Positions 6,295-14,340 of a stretch of DNA of 14,340 nucleotides are shown here, in pieces (position 1 is the stretch's first letter; each line of letters opens with the position of its first letter). The stretch spans positions 1-14,340 of the forward strand of contig CAYRPF010000047.1 in NCBI GenBank assembly GCA_964426185.1, in the 5' to 3' direction. The translations under genes were made by a program, and so were the position numbers. Source of the stretch: an uncultured archaeon. GTDB lineage: Archaea; Asgardarchaeota; Lokiarchaeia; Sigyniarchaeales; Promethearchaeaceae. Below the pieces are notes generated by a model that did not search any database, was not told the origin of the DNA, and saw only the letters and a list, made by a program, of their open reading frames with translations.

Positions 6295-7404
6295 TTATTC
6301 TTGAATCTCTTTCAACGATTCGGAAGCGGCAGCCAACATCTGTTGGGTTTCTTCTTTAGTAATCCATCCCATTGGAGCCATTCGGAAGTTTTGCCCCTTC
6401 ATGTTTCCGTATCCATTTACGATTTTATAACCTTTTTCAAAAAGAGAATCAACAAATTTTGCAACATCTATATTCAGATTATTTTTAATGGTAACCACGG
6501 TTTGACTGTGATATCCATTATCGCTGAAAAGTTTAAAGCCATTTTCCTTCGCCCAATTTCTTATCATTTCTGTACGTTCAAAATGGTCTTGTGCAAATTT
6601 TTCAGGCGTAATTTCCACAATTTTCTCTGAAACTTTTTTCAAAGCCCGAATTTGAGGAATGCAGGGGGTGATTGGATGTTCATCTTGCAACCCTTTTTTA
6701 TGGATCTTCAAAAAATCAAAGTAGAAGCCCCTATTTTTTACATTTTTTGCTTTCTCGAGAGCTCGTTCGGAGATACTACAAAGTGCTAAACCTGGCGGAA
6801 TCCCAAAGCATTTTTGCACCGAAGCCAATGCTACATCAATTCCCCATTCGTCTACTTTTAATAAAGTACCAGCCATTCCTGACACACAGTCAACACATAG
6901 TAAAGCCCCTGATTCTTTAACAATAGGTCCGATTTTATCGAGAGGATTAAGAACACCTGTGGAAGTTTCATTAAAGGTGATAAAAACCACAGAATACTTC
7001 TTTTCGGCTAATTTTTCACGGACTAATTCGGGGGTGATACCCGTTCCCCATTCGACTTTAACTGCATCAAATTTTTTTCCATTTAATTCTGCAATTTGAA
7101 TCCATCGATCACCAAATGCACCACAGGAAAAGAAAATTCCCGTTTCTTCATCGTTTAATAGATTTCGGACACAAGCTTCTAAAATTCCGGTGCCTGAATT
7201 TGAAAAGAGTAATATATCATTTTTTGTATGAAGGATTTTTTGCATATTCTCACGAATTGCAGCATGCATTTCGCGATAGGCCAGAGAACGATGAGTATCG
7301 TTAGCTTTTCCCATTTCAGTTAGAATCCAATCTGGGACTTGCACTGGTCCAGGAGTAAATAATCTATAATCAATTCCATCTGGATTAAAATGTTTATTCG
7401 GCAT
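6295..7404 (-). CDS. Class V PLP aminotransferase (alanine/serine-glyoxylate family), probably archaeal-type phosphoserine aminotransferase
   Basis: LFTPGP, HRS, SNSGTGILEA, GAFGDRW, NETSTGV, VDCVS and SVQKCFGIPPGL (PLP lysine). Adjacency to serA supports a SerC role. The ORF track starts at 7449; ATG 7404 is preferred (GTGA upstream). Confidence 0.85.
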   Translation of the reverse strand: MPNKHFNPDGIDYRLFTPGPVQVPDWILTEMGKANDTHRSLAYREMHAAIRENMQKILHTKNDILLFSNSGTGILEACVRNLLNDEETGIFFSCGAFGDRWIQIAELNGKKFDAVKVEWGTGITPELVREKLAEKKYSVVFITFNETSTGVLNPLDKIGPIVKESGALLCVDCVSGMAGTLLKVDEWGIDVALASVQKCFGIPPGLALCSISERALEKAKNVKNRGFYFDFLKIHKKGLQDEHPITPCIPQIRALKKVSEKIVEITPEKFAQDHFERTEMIRNWAKENGFKLFSDNGYHSQTVVTIKNNLNIDVAKFVDSLFEKGYKIVNGYGNMKGQNFRMAPMGWITKEETQQMLAAASESLKEIQE

Positions 7405-7573
7405 AAGAATCACTTGATCAAATCCCGAGGGATCAATGGTGAACAACATGCGCCATAATTAAAAGGTTGCACTTTTTTGCTTTGCTGTTGGGAATAGGAT
7501 GGGAATTGTTTTATGGTATGTTATTAAAAAAAGAAGCATTAATCATTTATACATTAATGAAGGTAGTTACTTA

Positions 7574-9484
7574 ATGGAAGAAATCGAAGAAGAAAAACTC
7601 CAAATTATGGGTAAATGGTATGAAGAATTCAAAGAACGAGAAATTAAACCAGAAGATTTAGGAAAGCTTATCAGACCAGGTTCCCGAATTTTCATCGGTT
7701 CTGGTTGTTCTGAACCTGAAATCCTTACTAAACAGCTGGTAAAGAAAAAGTGGAGATTTACGGATTGTGAACTTATCCATTTCTTAACTTTGTCGGATAA
7801 TAATTTCTTTGATGAGAAAAATCCCAGCCTTTTCCGACATCAAGCCTTATTTATCGGTCCTAAACTCCGTGATGCAGTTAATGAAGGAAAAGTCGACTAT
7901 GTCCCAATTTCTTTGAGTGATATCCCCAGACTTTTTAAAGAAAGACGGATTCATGTGGATATTGCTTTATTGCAAGTTAGTCCCCCAGATCGATTTGGAT
8001 TTTGTTCATTAGGAATCAATGTAGATATTAACCGCACGATTATAGAAGTTGCCAAAATAATTATTGTTCAAATCAACCCAAAAATGCCACGAACTATGGG
8101 AGATTCCTTCGTTCACATTAAGAAATTCAATTATTTTGTATATCATAATTCCCCGATAATTGAATTCAAATATCCTCCTATAGACGCCCGTTCTGATAAG
8201 ATTGGACGATATATAGCGCGTATTATTGAAAACGGTTCAACTTTGCAGTTTGGAATTGGTTCGATCCCAAACGCAGTTTTGAAATATTTAGGTAAAAAAA
8301 AAAACTTGGCAATTTACAGTGAAGTACTTTCAGATTCGGCAGTAGATTTAATCGAATCTTCGGTTGTGAACTGTAGTAAAAATCAATTTCCCCACGTAAT
8401 GACCTCTTTTGTCATGGGTTCTCGTAAATTGTATGATTTTGTCCATGAAAATCCATTTATCGAATTCCGTCCAACAGAATTTATTAACAATATTTTCAAT
8501 ATTGCTCAAAATACCAAACAGGTTTCAATTAACTCCGCTTTATCGGTGTCACTGACAGGTCAAGTAAATTCCGATAGTGTAGGAACCAAATTTTATAGTG
8601 GGATAGGAGGTCAAGCAGATTTTACGCGTGGGGCAGCTCTCTCCAAAAGAGGTAAACCAATTATTTGTCTACCTAGTACAACCAGTGATGGAACCAAATC
8701 TCGTATAGTTGCCACCCTTGAACCAGGTGCTGGTGTGGTTATACCGAGAGGGGATGTGCATTATGTAGTTACTGAATATGGGATTGCTTTTCTCCATGGA
8801 AAATCCATACGTGATAGAGTTTTACAGATGATTGGGATTGCACATCCAAAATTTCGACAATTTTTATTACAGAAAGCAAAAGAAATGCACTATGTTTATG
8901 AAGACCAGATGCTCCCCACAACTCAAGATGGAATCGTTATAATCTATCCTGAAAAATATGAATATTGGTATACTACGAAAAATAAGGGAAAAATATTTTT
9001 CCGGCCGATAAAACCAACTGATGAACGTTTGTTACAAGAACTTTATTATGAACTAAGTGACGATGACCGAGTTCTCCGCTTCTTTGCCCCAAGACAGGTT
9101 TTCCCCCACAAAGAAACCCAGCCGAAAGTTGTAGTTGATTATGAAACAACATTTGTGCTGGTAGGAATAGTTGGGGATGAAGAAATAGCTAAAATGATAG
9201 CAGCAGGCAGTTATTATCTAGATCACAATACTAATTTGGCAGAAATCGCATTTACTGTTCATGAAGATTGGAGAAGGCAGGGTTTAACGCGGTTTATGGT
9301 AATGAAATTGATTGATATTGCCCAAGAAAAAGGAATTTCTGGATTTATTGGAGAAATTCTGTCAAACAACGAACCTATGATCCACATTATCAAAACTCTT
9401 CCTTATAAAGTGGAATTCCACAATTATGGAGACTCTTTTGAATTTTCCTTTAAATTTAGTGATGTTGTCAAAAAAGAGAAGTAA
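7574..9484 (+). CDS. Acetyl-CoA hydrolase / 4-hydroxybutyrate CoA-transferase family protein fused to a C-terminal GNAT acetyltransferase
   Basis: CoA-transferase motifs VDIALLQVSPPDRFGFCSLG, TLQFGIGSIP, IYSEV (catalytic Glu), GIGGQADF and VVTEYGIA...IAHPKFR. GNAT motifs FRPIKPTD...LRFF, VDY and AEIAFTVHEDWRRQGL...NEPM. The ORF track starts at 7499; ATG 7574 (AGGT upstream) is preferred. Confidence 0.9.
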   Translation: MEEIEEEKLQIMGKWYEEFKEREIKPEDLGKLIRPGSRIFIGSGCSEPEILTKQLVKKKWRFTDCELIHFLTLSDNNFFDEKNPSLFRHQALFIGPKLRDAVNEGKVDYVPISLSDIPRLFKERRIHVDIALLQVSPPDRFGFCSLGINVDINRTIIEVAKIIIVQINPKMPRTMGDSFVHIKKFNYFVYHNSPIIEFKYPPIDARSDKIGRYIARIIENGSTLQFGIGSIPNAVLKYLGKKKNLAIYSEVLSDSAVDLIESSVVNCSKNQFPHVMTSFVMGSRKLYDFVHENPFIEFRPTEFINNIFNIAQNTKQVSINSALSVSLTGQVNSDSVGTKFYSGIGGQADFTRGAALSKRGKPIICLPSTTSDGTKSRIVATLEPGAGVVIPRGDVHYVVTEYGIAFLHGKSIRDRVLQMIGIAHPKFRQFLLQKAKEMHYVYEDQMLPTTQDGIVIIYPEKYEYWYTTKNKGKIFFRPIKPTDERLLQELYYELSDDDRVLRFFAPRQVFPHKETQPKVVVDYETTFVLVGIVGDEEIAKMIAAGSYYLDHNTNLAEIAFTVHEDWRRQGLTRFMVMKLIDIAQEKGISGFIGEILSNNEPMIHIIKTLPYKVEFHNYGDSFEFSFKFSDVVKKEK

Positions 9485-9499
9485 AAGGAGCTAATTCGC

Positions 9500-10537
9500 T
9501 TAAAAATGTATTTGATCTTGCATGAATTCCAGCAATTTTTTTATTAATTTGTCAACATGTTCTCCTTCTTTGGCATTGATTAAAAAGACTTCTTCTTCCG
9601 GAATTTGCAATTGAATTAAAAGAGATTGGATTTCAGAAGGAGTCGCTAAATCAATTTTATTAATCACGCACAAAACTGGAATTTCAAAATCATCCGCGAA
9701 ATTCTTACGGATCTCATTGTAAAGATTAAGTTGACTTGAAATATCATAACCAGAAGAAGGAGTAGGATCAAAAACGAATAAAATAAAAGAAGAAATGGTG
9801 TTTAGAGCTAAAATTGCTTGCTTCTCAATGGTATTGCGTTGGTGCATAGGGCGATCTAAAATTCCTGGTGTATCAATAACTTGAAAATATTTGGAATCAT
9901 ATTCATCTCGATACATTCCCAAATAAATCTGCTTTGTGGTAAATGGGTATTCGGAAACTTGTGGTTTTGCAGATGATAATTGCCCAACTAAAGTGGATTT
10001 TCCTACATTTGGATAACCCGCAATTACAATACTAGGAATTTCTAAATCGACTGAAGGAATATCTTGTAATTTTACTCGACATTCTTCAAGAAATATTAAT
10101 GTTTTATCGATTTTTTTAATGACAGATGAGCATCGTCCAAAAAACTCCATGCGAGTTAAACCTGCTTGTTTGGCATTTATTTGATTACCTACCTTTCTAC
10201 GATATTGTTTAAACAAAGATTTTAAAACCGGAATTACTCCATTAATTCGCCCTAAACCAGTGCGTAATTCATCATTATCGACAAGTAAATGGCTTAATTT
10301 ACGATAAAATGGAGGGAGCTCATCAAGATTCGGAACAGATTTTACAATTGTTGTGATTTTATCGACCAAAATTGTTGTGGCATTTTCCATACGCTTAATT
10401 TCTTTCCGTTTGACTTTTTCCAAGTTAGGCAGAGCTTTCGGCAAAGAAGCAGGTTTAGAAGATGCTCGAGAAAAAGCGTAATCCAGTAATTCTTGCGCGT
10501 TCCACACTCGATAGAATTTTTCAAACGGATTTTGCAT
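9500..10537 (-). CDS. NOG1-family (OBG-class) GTPase, large ribosomal subunit biogenesis
   Basis: G1 GYPNVGKS, G2 YPFTTK, G3 DTPGILDRP...RNTIEKQAILAL and G4 NKID; N-terminal helical NOG1 domain (PNLDELPPFY). Confidence 0.93.
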   Translation of the reverse strand: MQNPFEKFYRVWNAQELLDYAFSRASSKPASLPKALPNLEKVKRKEIKRMENATTILVDKITTIVKSVPNLDELPPFYRKLSHLLVDNDELRTGLGRINGVIPVLKSLFKQYRRKVGNQINAKQAGLTRMEFFGRCSSVIKKIDKTLIFLEECRVKLQDIPSVDLEIPSIVIAGYPNVGKSTLVGQLSSAKPQVSEYPFTTKQIYLGMYRDEYDSKYFQVIDTPGILDRPMHQRNTIEKQAILALNTISSFILFVFDPTPSSGYDISSQLNLYNEIRKNFADDFEIPVLCVINKIDLATPSEIQSLLIQLQIPEEEVFLINAKEGEHVDKLIKKLLEFMQDQIHF

Positions 10538-10593
10538 GGTGATTCAAAATTTATAATTAAACATTTTAAATAGATTTTTTGATTCCATTATAC

Positions 10594-10857
10594 CTAATTA
10601 GATTTTGAATAAAACTTGTGGTGTGAGAAATTATTGTAAATTCGCAAAACACGATGAAATGGGATTGGTGTTTCTTGACTTTCTCCTTCTATAATAATCC
10701 AAAAGAACTTCTTTCCAATTCTTGTAATTTGAGAATATTGACATGTGGCGATATCATTAAATGAACCACGATTCTCAAAAGATATGGATATATTGGATTG
10801 TTCAATTTTATAGGCGGGATTCCAACGAAATTGAAGTAAAATATCACGAACTGACAT
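10594..10857 (-). CDS. DUF504 / UPF0248 (MJ1316-like) putative RNA-binding domain protein
   Basis: 87 aa with N-terminal RDILLQFRWNP and C-terminal TPIPFHRVLRI, matching the family pattern (xxILxxIxWD...IPxHRI). Confidence 0.78.
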   Translation of the reverse strand: MSVRDILLQFRWNPAYKIEQSNISISFENRGSFNDIATCQYSQITRIGKKFFWIIIEGESQETPIPFHRVLRIYNNFSHHKFYSKSN

Positions 10858-10888
10858 AAAAAATCAAAAAATTAGAATTTATAACGGT

Positions 10889-11596
10889 TTATTCAACGGT
10901 GGTTTCCTGTTTCAATGTAGAAATACCTGCTAATTGATTAGAAATCAATTCTATCAGCCATTTTTTGATTTGAAGAAAATTTTTCACCAATCCTTTGGTT
11001 TTTTCAGGAGGAAATTGTGAATCTTGGGGAAGGTTTAACGCCATATCCATCCATTTGTGCAAAGCTAGCTGAACAAGATCGGCACCTTTAGAATTTTGAA
11101 ATATGGGAATTAAAGCAGCCCTTTCTCTTGTTTCTCCAATGGCAAAATAAACCCGTCTACTGACCTCATTTGAAAGAGATAAATGCATCGCTTCATCTAG
11201 TTTTCGTTCAACCAGAATACATTTAATTATTTGATCCCTCAAATCAGTAGGTTTTTCTACCAACTGGGACATACTCTTTTTAATTTTAGCTTCTAATTCG
11301 ACTAAATGATTAGCCAAATTATCTTCAGAACTCTCAAAAAGAGTGATTACTAATCCTTCTTCATGAGTTAAGATACTGACAAACTGTTTAGTAGAACTAT
11401 TATAGAGGAGGGCAACGTCTTTTAGGTGATCGTTTCCTGGGTTTAATTTAATAGAAAAACAACGATGAGGTACTTCACTAGCTGCAAAATATCCTAATTC
11501 AAACATTTCCAATTTCGTCAAAGAAGTATAAGGGAGTTTTAGCGAACGAGAAGGCCACACCTTATTAATTTTCATAAATTCTTGCAATAATCCCAT
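10889..11596 (-). CDS. Hypothetical soluble protein (235 aa)
   Basis: Long ORF co-oriented between spcS and DUF504, with an ATG preceded by GGAG; no family recognised with confidence. Confidence 0.8.
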   Translation of the reverse strand: MGLLQEFMKINKVWPSRSLKLPYTSLTKLEMFELGYFAASEVPHRCFSIKLNPGNDHLKDVALLYNSSTKQFVSILTHEEGLVITLFESSEDNLANHLVELEAKIKKSMSQLVEKPTDLRDQIIKCILVERKLDEAMHLSLSNEVSRRVYFAIGETRERAALIPIFQNSKGADLVQLALHKWMDMALNLPQDSQFPPEKTKGLVKNFLQIKKWLIELISNQLAGISTLKQETTVE

Positions 11597-11664
11597 GATT
11601 TTTTCTCCACAGCATTCAATATTATTCCTTATAAAGAACTTATGTGATTCAGAAATAAAAAATT

Positions 11665-13080
11665 TTAGTTGGAAAAACCGCTAGAAATTTTTTTATTTCG
11701 TATTTGCAGAAGAGCTTTACGTAATCGTTGAACTGCTTCAATTATATGCCGTTCTTCTACTCCAATAGCTGCATTCATAACTAAATATGAGCTAGACAAT
11801 TGATCATGGGTAGTACATGAACCGAAAGGATTTCGTGCCATATTAATAACTCGTGGACCAGTTACGCGGAGATTATAGAGATAGCCTCCTAATTTATCTA
11901 TTTCTTCTGGCGAAAAATGGTCAAGTGATAAAGCACATGATACAGGATTCGCACAATTAATCAAATGTTCGTTATATTCTCGAGCTAAAGCAGACATTTG
12001 TGAATATAGTAATTCACGTGCGCGTTGTTGGGCTTCCATCAACTTCATATATCCATTTTTTCCCATACTTAATAAGGAAACTAATAAATGCAACACTGGG
12101 ACAGCAGAGGCTCGACCAGCATAAGAATGACTAATATTTCCAATTATTTCAAGACTTGGAGAAGTAATCACTGCACCACCCACAGGAGTTAAAAAACATT
12201 TATCGGTGCTTTGAACAATTGCATCCACTCTCCCAGCATCTACTGCGCTCCTAAGATAAGAAATCAATATAGAAGATTGAATCCCGTAAGCATTATTGAC
12301 AATGTGCACCAAATTCTGTTCTTTGGCAAATTTGGCAATTTTTTTCAAATTATCCGGAACACGAGGTGCAAAAAAAGCAGAACTGCTTATAATTGCCCCA
12401 ATTTTATCTAAATGCTTATTATAAAGTTTTTCAAGATCTTCATGAGAAATACATACACCTTCTTGACTCCAATGGTTGTTTCCAAACCTTCCTGGGACAA
12501 CCAATAATTTTCCACCAATAAACTCGACACCTTTTTTAGGAGATTTATGATCAACTTGAGTCATTAAAACATATGGTTTTTGATGGATATCAATATTATA
12601 ATGCTCCAAACACCCTTTTAACGCTAATCCAATACTCATTCCCGTTCCCATTGGCACAGCTAATGCTGCTTTGATGTTTGATAATCCAAGAGCCCGGATT
12701 AATGATAAAACAATTCGATTAGTTAACTGTTGCATCAAGGAAGCTCCAGCAGCTTTTGGTTGTGCAGCAGTTAGGTTTCCACTTCGACCAATTCCATGAC
12801 AAAAATCTCCACTTAATTCTCTCAATAGTGATGATGATACCCTACCTTCTCGTTCTCCAATTCTAATTGCTCCCGGATCCTTATCTGAATCTAATCTGTT
12901 AAAAATATGCAATAAATCCCGAATTTGGGATTCATTCCAACCTTCTTCAGGAATAACACGATGATTTAGTAAATCTCTAATCGTATTCCAATGGGCTGAA
13001 AACCCGGTATATGAACGTTTAATCATATGCTCAGGAACACCCATATTGGAAAATAATTGGGTTGTTTTTTTATCCCACAT
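11665..13080 (-). CDS. spcS: O-phosphoseryl-tRNA(Sec) selenium transferase (SepSecS)
   Basis: IPEEGW, GEREGRV, FCHGIGRSGNLTAAQPKAAGAS, PMGTGMS, HKSPKK, FAPRVPD, HIVNNAYGIQ, VQSTDKCFLTPVGG (PLP Lys), YAGRAS and LYNLRVTGPR. The ORF track starts at TTG 13095; ATG 13080 follows GGTGA. Confidence 0.96.
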   Translation of the reverse strand: MWDKKTTQLFSNMGVPEHMIKRSYTGFSAHWNTIRDLLNHRVIPEEGWNESQIRDLLHIFNRLDSDKDPGAIRIGEREGRVSSSLLRELSGDFCHGIGRSGNLTAAQPKAAGASLMQQLTNRIVLSLIRALGLSNIKAALAVPMGTGMSIGLALKGCLEHYNIDIHQKPYVLMTQVDHKSPKKGVEFIGGKLLVVPGRFGNNHWSQEGVCISHEDLEKLYNKHLDKIGAIISSSAFFAPRVPDNLKKIAKFAKEQNLVHIVNNAYGIQSSILISYLRSAVDAGRVDAIVQSTDKCFLTPVGGAVITSPSLEIIGNISHSYAGRASAVPVLHLLVSLLSMGKNGYMKLMEAQQRARELLYSQMSALAREYNEHLINCANPVSCALSLDHFSPEEIDKLGGYLYNLRVTGPRVINMARNPFGSCTTHDQLSSSYLVMNAAIGVEERHIIEAVQRLRKALLQIRNKKISSGFSN

Positions 13081-13210
13081 TCTTTTTCTCACCAATGAAG
13101 CATAACAATACCTTCTTAATTTTATTTCTTTTGCATCATTCAGAATTTTACTTCATTTCTTCTGAATTAGTAGGCATACGATTTTAAACGAATTTTGATT
13201 TTATAAATAT

Positions 13211-14317
13211 ATGAGTAATCGATCCTCCAATGATTCTTTTATATGGAAAAAAACAATTAATAAACGCTCGAGAAAAAAGGGATCCACCAAATTTCATGCT
13301 TCAATTGATAAAAATACTACTTTAACTTATTATAAACGGGATGGAGGATTATATCTTATCATCAAAAAGGATTTGGGTGATTATGAACTGCAAGTTAACG
13401 CGTCAGAGGCTCCGATTATTAATCAATATTTAAAAAATCCTGATCCTTTTGAATCCCTTTTGGCTGATGTTAAAATCATTGAGAAAGAGATAGAACCTTT
13501 AAATTTAGCCGTACAAACTTCTTTTGGTGATAATCGAGAGATTTCTCTTATTTCAGTAAGAATTGCAGTTGGTTCTGGTGAAAACGATTATGTAACGATT
13601 GATGAATCGGATTTATTTTCAATGGATGTAGAACCAACAATGGGAGGATTATTGGATTTCATTGCCGCCAATGATAGCGTGATTGGGCTTTGTGACCGAA
13701 TTTTTGACCATGAACGCGGAAATATCATATTATTGGAGGCAAAAATACGCGATCCTGCTCCTGGAATTTCGTCTATAGAATTTAAATTAATTAGCAGTTT
13801 ACAACAACGCGGGCTTTTTATGCAAAAAAACATGAAATATGCAGCAATTCAACTTTATACCGTAATAAAAGCAGAATCTGTAAATGATGATCTATTGAAT
13901 TTCTTACGAGCAATTGGAATCGATTGGGAAGTTGTATTTATTAGAAGAGATCTTAGTATTGACGACTGGCTGGAGATCGAATGTGAAAAGAACTCTTTAA
14001 ATCTCAAAGGTTATTTATCGTCAAAATTTGAAACACTTGGGTTTTTTGATGTCAATAATATTACTCGTGTAGCTATTTTGAATCAGCTTAATTTTAAAAT
14101 AGTAATTAAAACAGCTGAATTACTAGATCGTGTAAAAAGTCAACGATATGAACTAACTGGAGCTTCACCCGATTCGGAACCACTTCAAAAAGCAGAGATT
14201 ATTGCAGCTGCCCGCTTAGCTTGCGCATACTATGGATTAAAAAAAGAAATAAAATTAGAAAAATCGATCAAAATGGAAGACGTGCTTCAATTTGAAGCAG
14301 AATTAATTAGATTATAA
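13211..14317 (+). CDS. Hypothetical protein (368 aa) with a possible PD-(D/E)xK-like central region and helical C-terminus
   Basis: Full-length ORF with a TATA-like TTTTAAA about 25 nt upstream. Contains CDRIFDHERGNIILLEAK; otherwise unrecognised. Confidence 0.75.
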   Translation: MSNRSSNDSFIWKKTINKRSRKKGSTKFHASIDKNTTLTYYKRDGGLYLIIKKDLGDYELQVNASEAPIINQYLKNPDPFESLLADVKIIEKEIEPLNLAVQTSFGDNREISLISVRIAVGSGENDYVTIDESDLFSMDVEPTMGGLLDFIAANDSVIGLCDRIFDHERGNIILLEAKIRDPAPGISSIEFKLISSLQQRGLFMQKNMKYAAIQLYTVIKAESVNDDLLNFLRAIGIDWEVVFIRRDLSIDDWLEIECEKNSLNLKGYLSSKFETLGFFDVNNITRVAILNQLNFKIVIKTAELLDRVKSQRYELTGASPDSEPLQKAEIIAAARLACAYYGLKKEIKLEKSIKMEDVLQFEAELIRL

Positions 14318-14340
14318 TGTGATTATTTTTAATAAGCTGC

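Noticed and set aside
5285-13080. SerA/SerC supplying phosphoserine directly to SepSecS
   Set aside because: SepSecS acts on Sep-tRNA(Sec) formed by PSTK on the tRNA, not on free phosphoserine. The genes are in separate transcription units.
11647-13145. ATTCAGAA on both sides of spcS as a target-site duplication
   Set aside because: It is only 8 bp and AT-rich, there is no transposase or terminal inverted repeat, and spcS is a housekeeping gene.
13096-13210. Hairpin ATTCAGAA-N14-TTCTGAAT (13138-13167) and ATGA motifs upstream of spcS as a SECIS or tRNA-Sec
   Set aside because: There is no AUGA/GA kink-turn geometry with an apical AA loop, no cloverleaf, and no in-frame UGA gene nearby. An 8-bp stem is unremarkable in AT-rich DNA.
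94-13833. Short alternative-frame ORFs (94-327, 1420-1659, 1707-2045, 3684-3980, 3996-4208, 4114-4323, 6301-6630, 6672-6920, 7116-7304, 10342-10524, 12211-12411, 13588-13833)
   Set aside because: All lie antisense to, or out of frame within, well-supported genes and show no recognisable motifs; treated as shadow ORFs.
31-14317. Hidden selenoprotein through UGA read-through
   Set aside because: All 14 genes end in TAA or TAG, the recognised ones appear full-length for their families, and the intergenic gaps are too short to hide a split gene.

Overview
AT-rich archaeal window (roughly one-third GC by eye) with 14 credible protein-coding genes and no recognisable rRNA, tRNA, CRISPR array or mobile element. 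Archaeal-type SepSecS, a NOG1 GTPase, a DUF504/MJ1316 protein, an HTH_10 regulator and GGTGA-type ribosome-binding sites point to a selenocysteine-using archaeon, most plausibly Asgard/Lokiarchaeia (inference). There are four blocks. (1) At 31-5264 is a minus-strand prenyl cluster: unknown membrane protein, heme O synthase-like UbiA prenyltransferase, phytol/farnesol-type prenol kinase, a second distantly paralogous membrane protein, and a divergent isopentenyl phosphate kinase. A divergently transcribed Bat-type HTH regulator lies beside it, with a perfect 12-bp inverted repeat at the predicted transcription start. This is the best candidate for an undescribed system: prenol salvage feeding prenylation of heme or another acceptor, with no oxidase in the window. 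(2) An archaeal serC-serA pair, divergent from a CoA-transferase-GNAT fusion. (3) A minus-strand spcS / unknown / DUF504 / NOG1 cluster. (4) An orphan with a PD-(D/E)xK-like motif and a cyclin/TFIIB-like helical C-terminus. All family assignments come from motif recognition by eye; no database searches were run.
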